Assembly: GCF_026626585.1 (NCBI RefSeq)
Contig: NZ_JAPNKD010000018.1
Span: 1-11,717 of the forward strand
Length of the DNA stretch: 11,717 bases
Direction: 5' to 3'
From: Nannocystis sp. ILAH1
GTDB taxonomy: Bacteria > Myxococcota_A > Polyangia > Nannocystales > Nannocystaceae
Position 1 is the first letter of the stretch. Every line of letters begins with the position of its first letter. Position numbers and translations under genes: made by a program. The notes under the pieces were generated by a model. The model saw only the letters and a list, made by a program, of their open reading frames with translations. It ran no database searches and was not told the origin of the DNA. Of the stretch, positions 5,707 to 11,717 are shown piece after piece.

Positions 5707-6492
5707 TCAGGCCTTGCGGGGGCGCGAGCGGCGGGCGCGGGCGGGCTTGGCCGGGGGCGCTGGGGGCTCGGGCTCGGGCTCGTCTGCCTCTTCGGGCATG
5801 TCCTCGAGGTCCGGTGCTTCCGCACCTGTCGTTTCGGACATGTCCTCGGAGCCCTCCTCGGCCTCGGGCTCGGGCCCGGCCTCGGGCGGGTCGGACGGGG
5901 CCGCCTCGAGGCCGCTGTTGCGGAGGGTGCGGGGCGGCAGCAGCTCGGGCTCGCTGACGACCTTCTTGGCCAGGAAGATGGCGGCGTCGATCTGGGAGAA
6001 GCTGCGGGCGCGGTAGAACTGGAGCGCGCGCTTGTTGTTGGCGGCGACCTCGAGGACGAGGTGCGTGCAGCCGCGCACGCGGGCGAGGTGCTCGAGCTGC
6101 TCGATGACGAAGCTGCCGATCCCGCGGCCCTGGAAGTCGGGGTGGATGGCGATCTCCTCGACGAACAGCGGGCGCATGTCGCGGCTCTCGAAGTAGCGCT
6201 CGTTGATCCAATTGTCGGAGCCGATGACCTCGTAGGCGCACTCGGCGTAGCCGACGATCACCGGGGCGTCGCCCTCGTGGATCTCGAACAGCAGCTGCTC
6301 GATGCCCTCCTCCTCGTAGATCTCGAGGAAGCGGGTCTTGGTGCGGGGGCGCTGGTACTCGACGGTCTCGCGGTTGACCGAGCGGAACACGCGCTTGAGG
6401 AACTCCCACACCTTGTTGAGGTCGCGGCGGTGGATCCGGCGGACACGGATGGTCGGCTCCGTGACGGCGGGCGCGGGCTTGCGGGAGGCCAC
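5707..6492 (-). CDS. GNAT-family N-acetyltransferase (~175-aa core) with an ~85-aa acidic/Pro-rich low-complexity C-terminal tail that ends in a basic KPARARRSRPRKA
   Basis: The acetyl-CoA binding motif is QGRGIGSFVIEQLEHLA, followed by the GNAT core LVLEVAANNKRALQFYRARSF. The start is GTG (rc of cac at 6490-6492). The tail is ...EAGPEPEAEEGSEDMSETTGAEAPDLEDMPEEADEPEPEPPAPPAKPARARRSRPRKA. The gene is co-oriented with and immediately upstream of the ABC ATPase. Confidence 0.75.
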   Translation of the reverse strand: MASRKPAPAVTEPTIRVRRIHRRDLNKVWEFLKRVFRSVNRETVEYQRPRTKTRFLEIYEEEGIEQLLFEIHEGDAPVIVGYAECAYEVIGSDNWINERYFESRDMRPLFVEEIAIHPDFQGRGIGSFVIEQLEHLARVRGCTHLVLEVAANNKRALQFYRARSFSQIDAAIFLAKKVVSEPELLPPRTLRNSGLEAAPSDPPEAGPEPEAEEGSEDMSETTGAEAPDLEDMPEEADEPEPEPPAPPAKPARARRSRPRKA

Positions 6493-6542
6493 GGCCGAAG
6501 TCTAGCACCGCCGAAGGGCCGCTCGTCCGCCTTGCGTGTCTG

Positions 6543-6552
6543 CGCACGTGCG
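6543..6552. promoter_or_regulatory. Perfect 10-bp palindrome CGCACGTGCG in the 75-bp divergent promoter region between the GNAT gene (-) and the beta-helix lipoprotein gene (+)
   Basis: Read directly. It is followed by GGCATGCTCGG, which is similar to the GAGCATGCTC motif of the CATG arrays. Confidence 0.3.
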
Positions 6553-6567
6553 TGGCATGCTCGGCCG

Positions 6568-8388
6568 ATGCGTCCCCGCGCCGCTGCGTCCGCTGCCGAG
6601 CCCGCGCGCCGGCGTGGCCGACGTCCCGGCGCGGGCCTGCGCCAGATCGGGCTCGGGTGCGTGGCCGTCGCGCTCGCTTGCGGACCGGACGAGCAGAAGT
6701 CGCAGAAGGTCGAGGCGAACCCGAACATGCCCGACCGGGTGCAGGCGCCTGCGCCCGCGCCGCGCCGGCCGGAGGTCAGCGACTGCCCCGAGGCTCTCCG
6801 CGAGCCGGAGCAGGTCGACCGCGTGATCGGCTCGGCCTGCAAGTCGGTGACGGTCCACCCGGGCTACCGGATCGAGAACGGGTCGCTGACGATCGAGGCA
6901 GGGGTGACCCTGCAATTCATGCCCGACGCCGAGCTGGCGGTCGGCTTCGAGCGCCCGGCGACGCTGCACGTGCGCGGCACGCCCGAGTCGCCGGTCCGCT
7001 TCACGGCCGCGGGCGATCAGGCCAAGCCGGGGGCGTGGAAGGGGATCGCGCTGTACGACCACGCCGACGGCTCGGAGATCGCCGGGCTCGTGCTCGAGTT
7101 CGCCGGTACGGACCTGCGCGGGGCGATCTACGTGCAGGCGACCGACGTGAAGATCGACGGCTCGACGGTGCGCGACAGCCAGAACGTGGCGGTCCACGTC
7201 ACGTCGAAGGGCCACGTCAGCAGCTTCAAGGGCAACCGGCTCGAGCGCGTGAGCTCGCCGGCGCTGCTGCTGCCGGCCCGCTCGGCCGGGTCGGTGACGC
7301 CCGACAACACGTTCCCGCCCGACTCGGTGATCCACGTGCTCGGCGGGATGATCCGCGAACGCGCCCGCTGGGACGTGCCGAAGGTGCCGTTCGTGATCGG
7401 CGGGGTGATCGAGATCGAGGGCCCCGACGACAAGCACGAGGCGATGCTCGAGCTGGCCCCGGGGACAGTCCTGAAGTTCGACGACGACGCGTACTTCACG
7501 GTCGGCTACGACCACCCGGCGGCGCTCATCGCCGAGGCGGCGGGCAAGGAGCCGATCGTGCTGACGTCGGCGACGCGCGAGACGTCGCACGCGTGGCGCG
7601 GGGTCAACCTCTACCGCTCGGCCACCGCGAGCTTCAGCAACGTGGTGTTCGAGTACGGCGGCCAGCGTTCCGACCGCGGGGTGGTCTACGCCAACAACGA
7701 GGCGCGCCTCAGCGCGAAGGGCTGCACGTTCCGCGACAACGGCGGCGGGGTGACGCTCCAGGGCGCGAACGTCCGCCTCGGCGAGTTCCGCGACAACACG
7801 TTCGAGCGCTCGCACCCGGCCTTCGACGTGAGTCCGCAGCTGTTCGGGATGATCCCGGCCGAGAACAAGCTCGACGCGGCGACGACGGTCCAGGTCGAGG
7901 GCGGCGAGGTCAGCAAGGACGCGGTGTGGCACGACTTCGGGGTGCCGATCGAGGTCAAGCGCCCGGTCTCGGTCGACAACCAGGCGACGCTGACGATCCG
8001 CGCCGGCGCCAAGCTGCGCGTCCACGACGGCTTCTCGCTCGGGGTCGGCGAGTTCGGCGGCGGCTCGCTGCGCGTCGAGGGCACGGCCGAGCGCCCGGTG
8101 CAGATCTTCGGGACCACCGACCGCCGCGGGACGTGGGACGCGATCCGCCTGTACGAGAAGGCCCGCGGCAACCTGTTCGAGCACGTGCAGCTGCGCAACG
8201 CCGGCGGCGAGGGGGCGATCAACGTCGCCATGGGCGTCGACGCTGTGGTCCGCGACGTGTCCTGCGTGCGCTGCTTCAGCCCGACGCTGACGTGGGCCTG
8301 CGGCTCGCGCGTGACGTCCGAGCGCGTCACGGGCGGAGCCGAGACGCCGGCGGCGACGCTGCCGCCGTTCGGCTGCGATCCGTCGTGA
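6568..8388 (+). CDS. Secreted putative lipoprotein of 606 aa, built from three tandem ~180-aa right-handed beta-helix-like modules, with a Cys-rich C-terminus
   Basis: The ATG at 6568 gives MRPRAAASAAEPARRRGRRPGAGLRQIGLGCVAVALACGPDEQKS, a basic n-region, an h-region and lipobox-like ALAC. There are three internally repeated A modules: LTIEAGVTLQFMPDAELAVGFERPATLHVRGTPESPVRFTAAGDQAKPGAWKGIALYDHADGSEIAGLVLEFAG / LELAPGTVLKFDDDAYFTVGYDHPAALIAEAAGKEPIVLTSATRETSHAWRGVNLYRSATASFSNVVFEYGG / LTIRAGAKLRVHDGFSLGVGEFGGGSLRVEGTAERPVQIFGTTDRRGTWDAIRLYEKARGNLFEHVQLRNAGG. Each is followed by a B module with Asn/Asp ladder-like tracts (GCTFRDNGGGVTLQGANVRLGEFRDNTFERS). The last 45 aa contain 5 Cys. The 5' 2 kb of track ORF 4609..8388 is an antisense artifact. 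The real gene is the 3' third, in the same frame. Confidence 0.7.
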   Translation: MRPRAAASAAEPARRRGRRPGAGLRQIGLGCVAVALACGPDEQKSQKVEANPNMPDRVQAPAPAPRRPEVSDCPEALREPEQVDRVIGSACKSVTVHPGYRIENGSLTIEAGVTLQFMPDAELAVGFERPATLHVRGTPESPVRFTAAGDQAKPGAWKGIALYDHADGSEIAGLVLEFAGTDLRGAIYVQATDVKIDGSTVRDSQNVAVHVTSKGHVSSFKGNRLERVSSPALLLPARSAGSVTPDNTFPPDSVIHVLGGMIRERARWDVPKVPFVIGGVIEIEGPDDKHEAMLELAPGTVLKFDDDAYFTVGYDHPAALIAEAAGKEPIVLTSATRETSHAWRGVNLYRSATASFSNVVFEYGGQRSDRGVVYANNEARLSAKGCTFRDNGGGVTLQGANVRLGEFRDNTFERSHPAFDVSPQLFGMIPAENKLDAATTVQVEGGEVSKDAVWHDFGVPIEVKRPVSVDNQATLTIRAGAKLRVHDGFSLGVGEFGGGSLRVEGTAERPVQIFGTTDRRGTWDAIRLYEKARGNLFEHVQLRNAGGEGAINVAMGVDAVVRDVSCVRCFSPTLTWACGSRVTSERVTGGAETPAATLPPFGCDPS

Positions 8389-8480
8389 GGCGAGCTGTCG
8401 ACGGGCGGCGCTCGGGCGGCGCGGGTGAGAGCTCGCGAGACAAGAGGTAATTTTTGAGCCGTAAAGGCTGGTTTGGGCGG

Positions 8481-8506
8481 ACAAAGGTACATATATGCAC
8501 CTTTGT
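8481..8506. other. 26-bp near-perfect AT-rich palindrome ACAAAGGT-a-CATATATG-c-ACCTTTGT, followed by TTTCC, inside a ~70-bp low-GC island (8440-8510). Possible bidirectional terminator hairpin or protein-binding site.
   Basis: Read directly. 24 of 26 positions are self-complementary. The island lies between convergent genes (lipoprotein stop at 8388, kinase stop at 8643). A UUUUU run at 8451-8455 precedes a small hairpin AGCC-GUAAA-GGCU at 8458-8470. Confidence 0.35.
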
Positions 8507-8573
8507 TTCCGGCCGCGAGCGTCGGTGCATGAGCAGGCGAGAGCGCGAGTGGGATGGATGATGAGCGCGCTGG

Positions 8574-8647
8574 CATGACGCATGGAGCATGTCGACGAGG
8601 ACATGCTCCGAAGAGCATGCTCCTATGGACATGTTCTTCGAGTCATG
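8574..8647. repeat. CATG-phased array, copy D. CATG at 8574, 8581, 8588, 8602, 8616, 8630, 8644, with spacing 7, 7, 14, 14, 14, 14.
   Basis: The sequence is GCATGACGCATGGAGCATGTCGACGAGGACATGCTCCGAAGAGCATGCTCCTATGGACATGTTCTTCGAGTCATGG. It contains GAGCATGTC-GACGAG-GACATGCTC, a 9-bp perfect inverted repeat around a 6-bp centre. The final CATG overlaps the kinase stop codon (TGA = rc of 8643-8645). In-phase ATGs also occur at 8561 and 8554. Confidence 0.75.
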
Positions 8648-11393
8648 GCCTCGAGGGCAGGTGCGTCCGCGGGCCGGCGCGGGTCAGCAGGCGCTCGCTG
8701 GCGGCCAGCGGGCGGGCGAAGCTGGCGCCGGCGCTGCGGTAGAAGGCGAGCGCGGCCCCGAGGTGCGGGCGAGCGGCGGCCACGGCGGGAGGCGTGGCGG
8801 TCAGCAGGGCCTCGGCGAGGGTGCGGTGGGCGCGAGCGAGGCGCGGGGCCCAGTGCGGGTCGTCGGCGGCGAGGACGGTGAGCTCGGCGACCGCGGCGGC
8901 CAGCGGGACGCGGGCCTCGAGCGGTCGGCCGCGGACGAGCAAGTTCTGGCCGAGGACCAGGCGCAGCTCGGCGATCTCCTCGCTCGACCAGGTGGCGTCC
9001 GGCATGCGCGCGAGGGTGGCCTGGAGGTGCTCGACGGCGGTGTTGTCGTCGACCAGACCGGCGAGGCCGCGGTAGCCGGCGAGCAGGGTCGCCTCGGGCC
9101 CGAACAGGCGCGTGCCGGACAGCTCCGACAGCTCGGCGGCGGCGCGGAAGACCGAGGCGGCGTCGTCGTCATAGCCGATCTCGGTGGCGGCGCGGCCGAG
9201 GTGGAAGAGGCACCGCGTGCGGCGCACGAGGTCGTCGGGCAAGAATCGCTCGAGCGCGACGCAGCCGGTCTGGAGGATCGACCAGGCCTCGCCCGGCTCG
9301 GCCAGCTGGGCGGCGGTGATCCGCGCCTCGATCGTGGCGGGGTGGACGACGCCGAGCTCGGCGTCGAAGATCTCGAGGGCGCGCGCGAGGAGGTCGTCGC
9401 GCGCGGCGCCCGGCTCGGTGACGGAGGCGAGGTTGAGCAGGGTGTAGCCGACGTCGCGGTGGCCGGCCGACAGGGCGCCCTGGCGCACGCTCAGGGCCTC
9501 GGTGAAGTAGCGCCGCGCCTCGGCCGAGTTGCGCTGGGCGAGGTTGGCGACGCCGAGGTTGTGCAGGACGAGGCCGCGCAGGGCCTCGGGGGCGGCGCCG
9601 CGAGAGGCGAGGGCGAGGGCGAGGGGCTCGTCGGCGAGGGCGCGAGCGACCATCTCGGGCCGGCGGCTGGCGGCGACGATCCGCGAGGCCACGGCCTCGG
9701 CCGCGATCGCGTCGCCGCGCGACTCGATGCCGCTGCGCATGGCCCGGGTCAACCACTCGAGCTCCTGGCCGGTCTCCTCGGAGGTGTTGAGCGAGAGCCG
9801 CCCGCGCAGCAGCGCGACCTCGGCCCGCAGCGGGGCGTAGCCGATCTGCTCGGCGGCGGCCTCGATGTCGACGGCCTGATCGACCGCGTCGTGGATCCGC
9901 CCGAGCTTGGCCAGCGCCTCGGCCCGCGCCATGTGATTGCGCAGGTCGGCGACCCGCTCGCCGAGCTCGGGGTCGTCGGGCGCGGGCGGCTCGGCCTTGA
10001 GGAAGGCGAGCTCGTGACAGGCGGAGGGCGGCACGAGATCGCTGGCGGCGCCGAGCGCCCGCGGGGCCATGTCCATGTCGGCGATCGAGAGGGCCTTGAC
10101 GGTCTCGTCGAAGGCGTCGCGCCGGCGATCGAGGCAGCGGCGCTGGCGATCGAGCAAGGCCTCGGTGTAGCGGCCCTGGTGCTCGGCGAGGCAAGTGTCG
10201 CGGTGGTTCTCGGCCCACGAGGCGGCGAAGCGATCGAGCTTGTCGGCGACCCTGGGCCACAGCACCGCGGCGTAGTTGGGCGCCGCGTCGCGCAAGGCGG
10301 TGGCGACGGCGTTGCGCTGGGCCGGGCCCCACACGCGGGCGATGTCGGCGTCGGCGTCGGCACACGGGGACTCGGCGGCGGCCTCGGGCACGAAGGCGAG
10401 GCCGGCGGCGCCGGCGGTGAGGGCGAGCGCCAGCGCGGCGCCGACGACCCGCCAGGTCCGCCCGCGCGACGGGACGAGCGCGCCGAGCAGCGCCTCCATC
10501 GACGGGTAGCGGTCGCGCGGCTCGGTCTTGAGGCCGCGCATGAGGGCAGCGATCAGCCACGCGGGCACGCCGTGGTTGCGCGGCGGAGGCCGCAGGTGGC
10601 CGTTGGTGATCGCGTGCGAGAGCGCGAGGATGTCGTTGCCGGCGAACGGCGGCAGGCCGAACAAAGCCTCGTAGAGGGCGACGCAGAAGCTGAACTGGTC
10701 GGAGGCCGGCTCGGCCGCGCCGCCGCGCCAGCGCTCGGGCGCGAGATAGGCGGGCGTGCCGAGGATGTCCTCGCCGTCGTCGCCGACGCGGATCCGCATG
10801 CTCTGACTGGCGCCCGAGGACAGGTCGAGCAGGCCCGGGCGATCGGGGGTAGCGCGCACGAGCCCGAAGTCGAGGACGCAGGCGCGGCCGGTGGCGTCGA
10901 TCATGACGTTGCCGGGCTTGAAGTCGCGGTGCAGGAGGCCCACCTCGTGGGCGGCGGCGAGGCCTCGCGCGGCCTGAGTGAATACGTCGTGGATCTCGCG
11001 CCAGGTCCGCGGCCCGGCGGCCAGCCAGGCCGGCAGCGCGGCGCCGCGGATCAGCTCCATGGCGACGTAGACCTGGCCCTTGATGACCCCGGCCTCGAGC
11101 ACGGTGATGACATTGGGGTGGCTGACGCCGGCCATCGCCTGAGCCTCGCGCAGCAGCCGGATCTGGCCCTTCGACCCGGTGTCGGGCAGGACCTTGATCG
11201 CGACCTTGCGGTCGAGGAGCTCGTCGTAGGCGGCGTAGACGACCGCCGTGCCGCCGCCGAGGCGCTCGAGGATGGTGAACCGACCGAGCCGCGGAGGCAG
11301 GGTCGCAGGGACCGAGATCGCGACACCAGGCAGCGACTGCGTGATGTCCACCGAGATCCCCGACGCGTCCGTATCGGGAATGATGACGCTCAT
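8643..11393 (-). CDS. Membrane-anchored Ser/Thr protein kinase: an N-terminal Hanks kinase domain, a single TM helix, and a ~570-aa C-terminal TPR-like/helical-repeat sensor region
   Basis: The kinase domain has the beta3 Lys in VAIKVL, catalytic HRDFKPGNVMI, DFG (VLDFGLV), GTPAYLAPE, and a glycine loop LGGGTAVVY. The TM segment is RVVGAALALALTAGAAGLAFV. After the TM helix there are 4 Cys and TPR-like stretches (LHNLGVANLAQRNSAEARRYFTEALSV). The track start is a TTG at 11435. I prefer the ATG at 11393 (MSVIIPDTD…). The 766-aa ORF 9169..11469(-) is an Arg-rich alternate-frame artifact. Confidence 0.8.
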   Translation of the reverse strand: MSVIIPDTDASGISVDITQSLPGVAISVPATLPPRLGRFTILERLGGGTAVVYAAYDELLDRKVAIKVLPDTGSKGQIRLLREAQAMAGVSHPNVITVLEAGVIKGQVYVAMELIRGAALPAWLAAGPRTWREIHDVFTQAARGLAAAHEVGLLHRDFKPGNVMIDATGRACVLDFGLVRATPDRPGLLDLSSGASQSMRIRVGDDGEDILGTPAYLAPERWRGGAAEPASDQFSFCVALYEALFGLPPFAGNDILALSHAITNGHLRPPPRNHGVPAWLIAALMRGLKTEPRDRYPSMEALLGALVPSRGRTWRVVGAALALALTAGAAGLAFVPEAAAESPCADADADIARVWGPAQRNAVATALRDAAPNYAAVLWPRVADKLDRFAASWAENHRDTCLAEHQGRYTEALLDRQRRCLDRRRDAFDETVKALSIADMDMAPRALGAASDLVPPSACHELAFLKAEPPAPDDPELGERVADLRNHMARAEALAKLGRIHDAVDQAVDIEAAAEQIGYAPLRAEVALLRGRLSLNTSEETGQELEWLTRAMRSGIESRGDAIAAEAVASRIVAASRRPEMVARALADEPLALALASRGAAPEALRGLVLHNLGVANLAQRNSAEARRYFTEALSVRQGALSAGHRDVGYTLLNLASVTEPGAARDDLLARALEIFDAELGVVHPATIEARITAAQLAEPGEAWSILQTGCVALERFLPDDLVRRTRCLFHLGRAATEIGYDDDAASVFRAAAELSELSGTRLFGPEATLLAGYRGLAGLVDDNTAVEHLQATLARMPDATWSSEEIAELRLVLGQNLLVRGRPLEARVPLAAAVAELTVLAADDPHWAPRLARAHRTLAEALLTATPPAVAAARPHLGAALAFYRSAGASFARPLAASERLLTRAGPRTHLPSRP

Positions 11394-11561
11394 GGGACTC
11401 GACCAGTCTTGCACCGACCCGCACACACGCCCCAACCGCGGCGTCGCGAGGCCGATGCGGCGCGTTCAAGCGGCGCCGCCGGCCCGTGGCGCGTGTCCGC
11501 CCGACCGCGACGCGCAGCGGGCGCTAAGCATCGCCTGTCCCAAAGTTCTAAATTGATGTGG

Positions 11562-11689
11562 GCGACGAAACGCCGGCAGGAGCGCGCGCAAGGCGGTCAG
11601 ACCGCCGTTCTCGCGGATCGGCCGAGAGCCCGCGATTGTGCGACGGATCAAGGATCGAGCGGCGATCGTGGCGACGAAAGACCGGGTAT
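11562..11689. repeat. Pair of ~18-bp near-direct repeats GTGGGCGACGAAACGCCGG (11559-11577) and GTGGCGACGAAAGACCGG (11670-11687) in the >280-bp region upstream of the kinase. Adjacent is an AT-rich CCCAAAGTTCTAAATTGATG (11540-11559).
   Basis: Read directly. The region shows no convincing coding signal: the 80-aa ORF 11466..11708(-) has mixed GC3, including a CAA TTT AGA ACT TTG stretch. Confidence 0.3.
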
Positions 11690-11717
11690 TTGCGGGTGCG
11701 CCGGGCATGGAAGCGAT

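Noticed and set aside
4609-6565. The 5' two-thirds of the 1259-aa + strand ORF 4609..8388, and ORFs 4475..5326(+), 4808..5305(-), 5597..6547(-)
   Set aside because: Antisense or alternate frame to the ABC ATPase and GNAT genes. Only the portion from the ATG at 6568 onward (the beta-helix lipoprotein) shows protein-like composition and internal repeats.
8571-8590. Sigma-54 (-24/-12) promoter reading of TGGCATGACGCATGGAGC in array D
   Set aside because: The GG and GC elements are not at the required 10-bp spacing, and there is no downstream gene in the right orientation.
6502-8604. 700-aa - strand ORF and 632-aa + strand ORF (6552..8450), plus 7686..8618(-) and 8327..8632(-), overlapping the lipoprotein gene
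   Set aside because: Arg/Gly/Ala-rich composition, no motifs. Artifacts of stop-codon scarcity in GC-rich DNA.
8554-8881. Small + strand ORFs 8554..8742 and 8582..8881 initiated by the clustered ATGs of array D
   Set aside because: The ATGs arise from the CATG periodicity in rotating frames. The translations run antisense into the kinase gene and have no coding-like composition.
9169-11469. 766-aa - strand ORF overlapping the kinase gene in another frame, and the small + strand ORFs at 8794, 9184, 9529, 10276, 11248
   Set aside because: Extreme Arg/Pro/Gly bias. The kinase frame (8643..11393/11435) carries all the Hanks motifs.
11466-11717. 80-aa ORF 11466..11708(-), and a possible + strand gene starting at the ATG at 11706
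   Set aside because: Mixed third-position GC including AT-rich codons, no SD and no motifs. The region is more plausibly the promoter/leader of the kinase. Too little sequence remains at the edge to call a + strand gene.

Overview
This is a very GC-rich (~70%) window of bacterial chromosome. The gene content points to Myxococcota or a similar organism: a membrane Ser/Thr kinase with a TPR-like tail, non-canonical lipoboxes, and GTG/TTG starts. All calls below come from reading the sequence and the supplied ORF track.

Gene order, left to right:
- The 5' part of an NMT1/THI5-family ABC substrate-binding lipoprotein on the - strand (1-448). It runs off the left edge and is not in the ORF track.
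- An aldo/keto reductase (-), divergent from an MFS DHA2 exporter (+) that is followed by an HxlR-type regulator (+).
- An ABC permease (-), a 169-nt polypurine spacer, an ABC ATPase (-), and a GNAT acetyltransferase (-) carrying an acidic low-complexity tail.
- A 606-aa lipoprotein (+) built from three beta-helix-like modules.
- A 917-930-aa membrane Ser/Thr kinase (-).

Many long ORFs in the track are Arg/Ala/Pro-rich alternate-frame artifacts of the high GC content and are rejected below. I see no tRNA, rRNA, CRISPR, transposase or integrase.

The most unusual signal is a family of three intergenic arrays in which the tetranucleotide CATG recurs at a strict 14-bp (or 7-bp) phase: 514-577, 3753-3822 and 8574-8647. 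The 10-bp spacers between CATGs are degenerate variants of the palindrome TCCTCGAGGA. All three arrays sit at gene ends, and two overlap stop codons. Arrays A and B flank the reductase-MFS-HxlR block that separates the ABC permease/ATPase from the substrate-binding gene. Two consensus units also occur inside the GNAT tail coding sequence. I cannot assign these arrays to a known element class. They look like a REP/BIME-like or protein-binding/methylation-site repeat family, and they are the main thing here to follow up.
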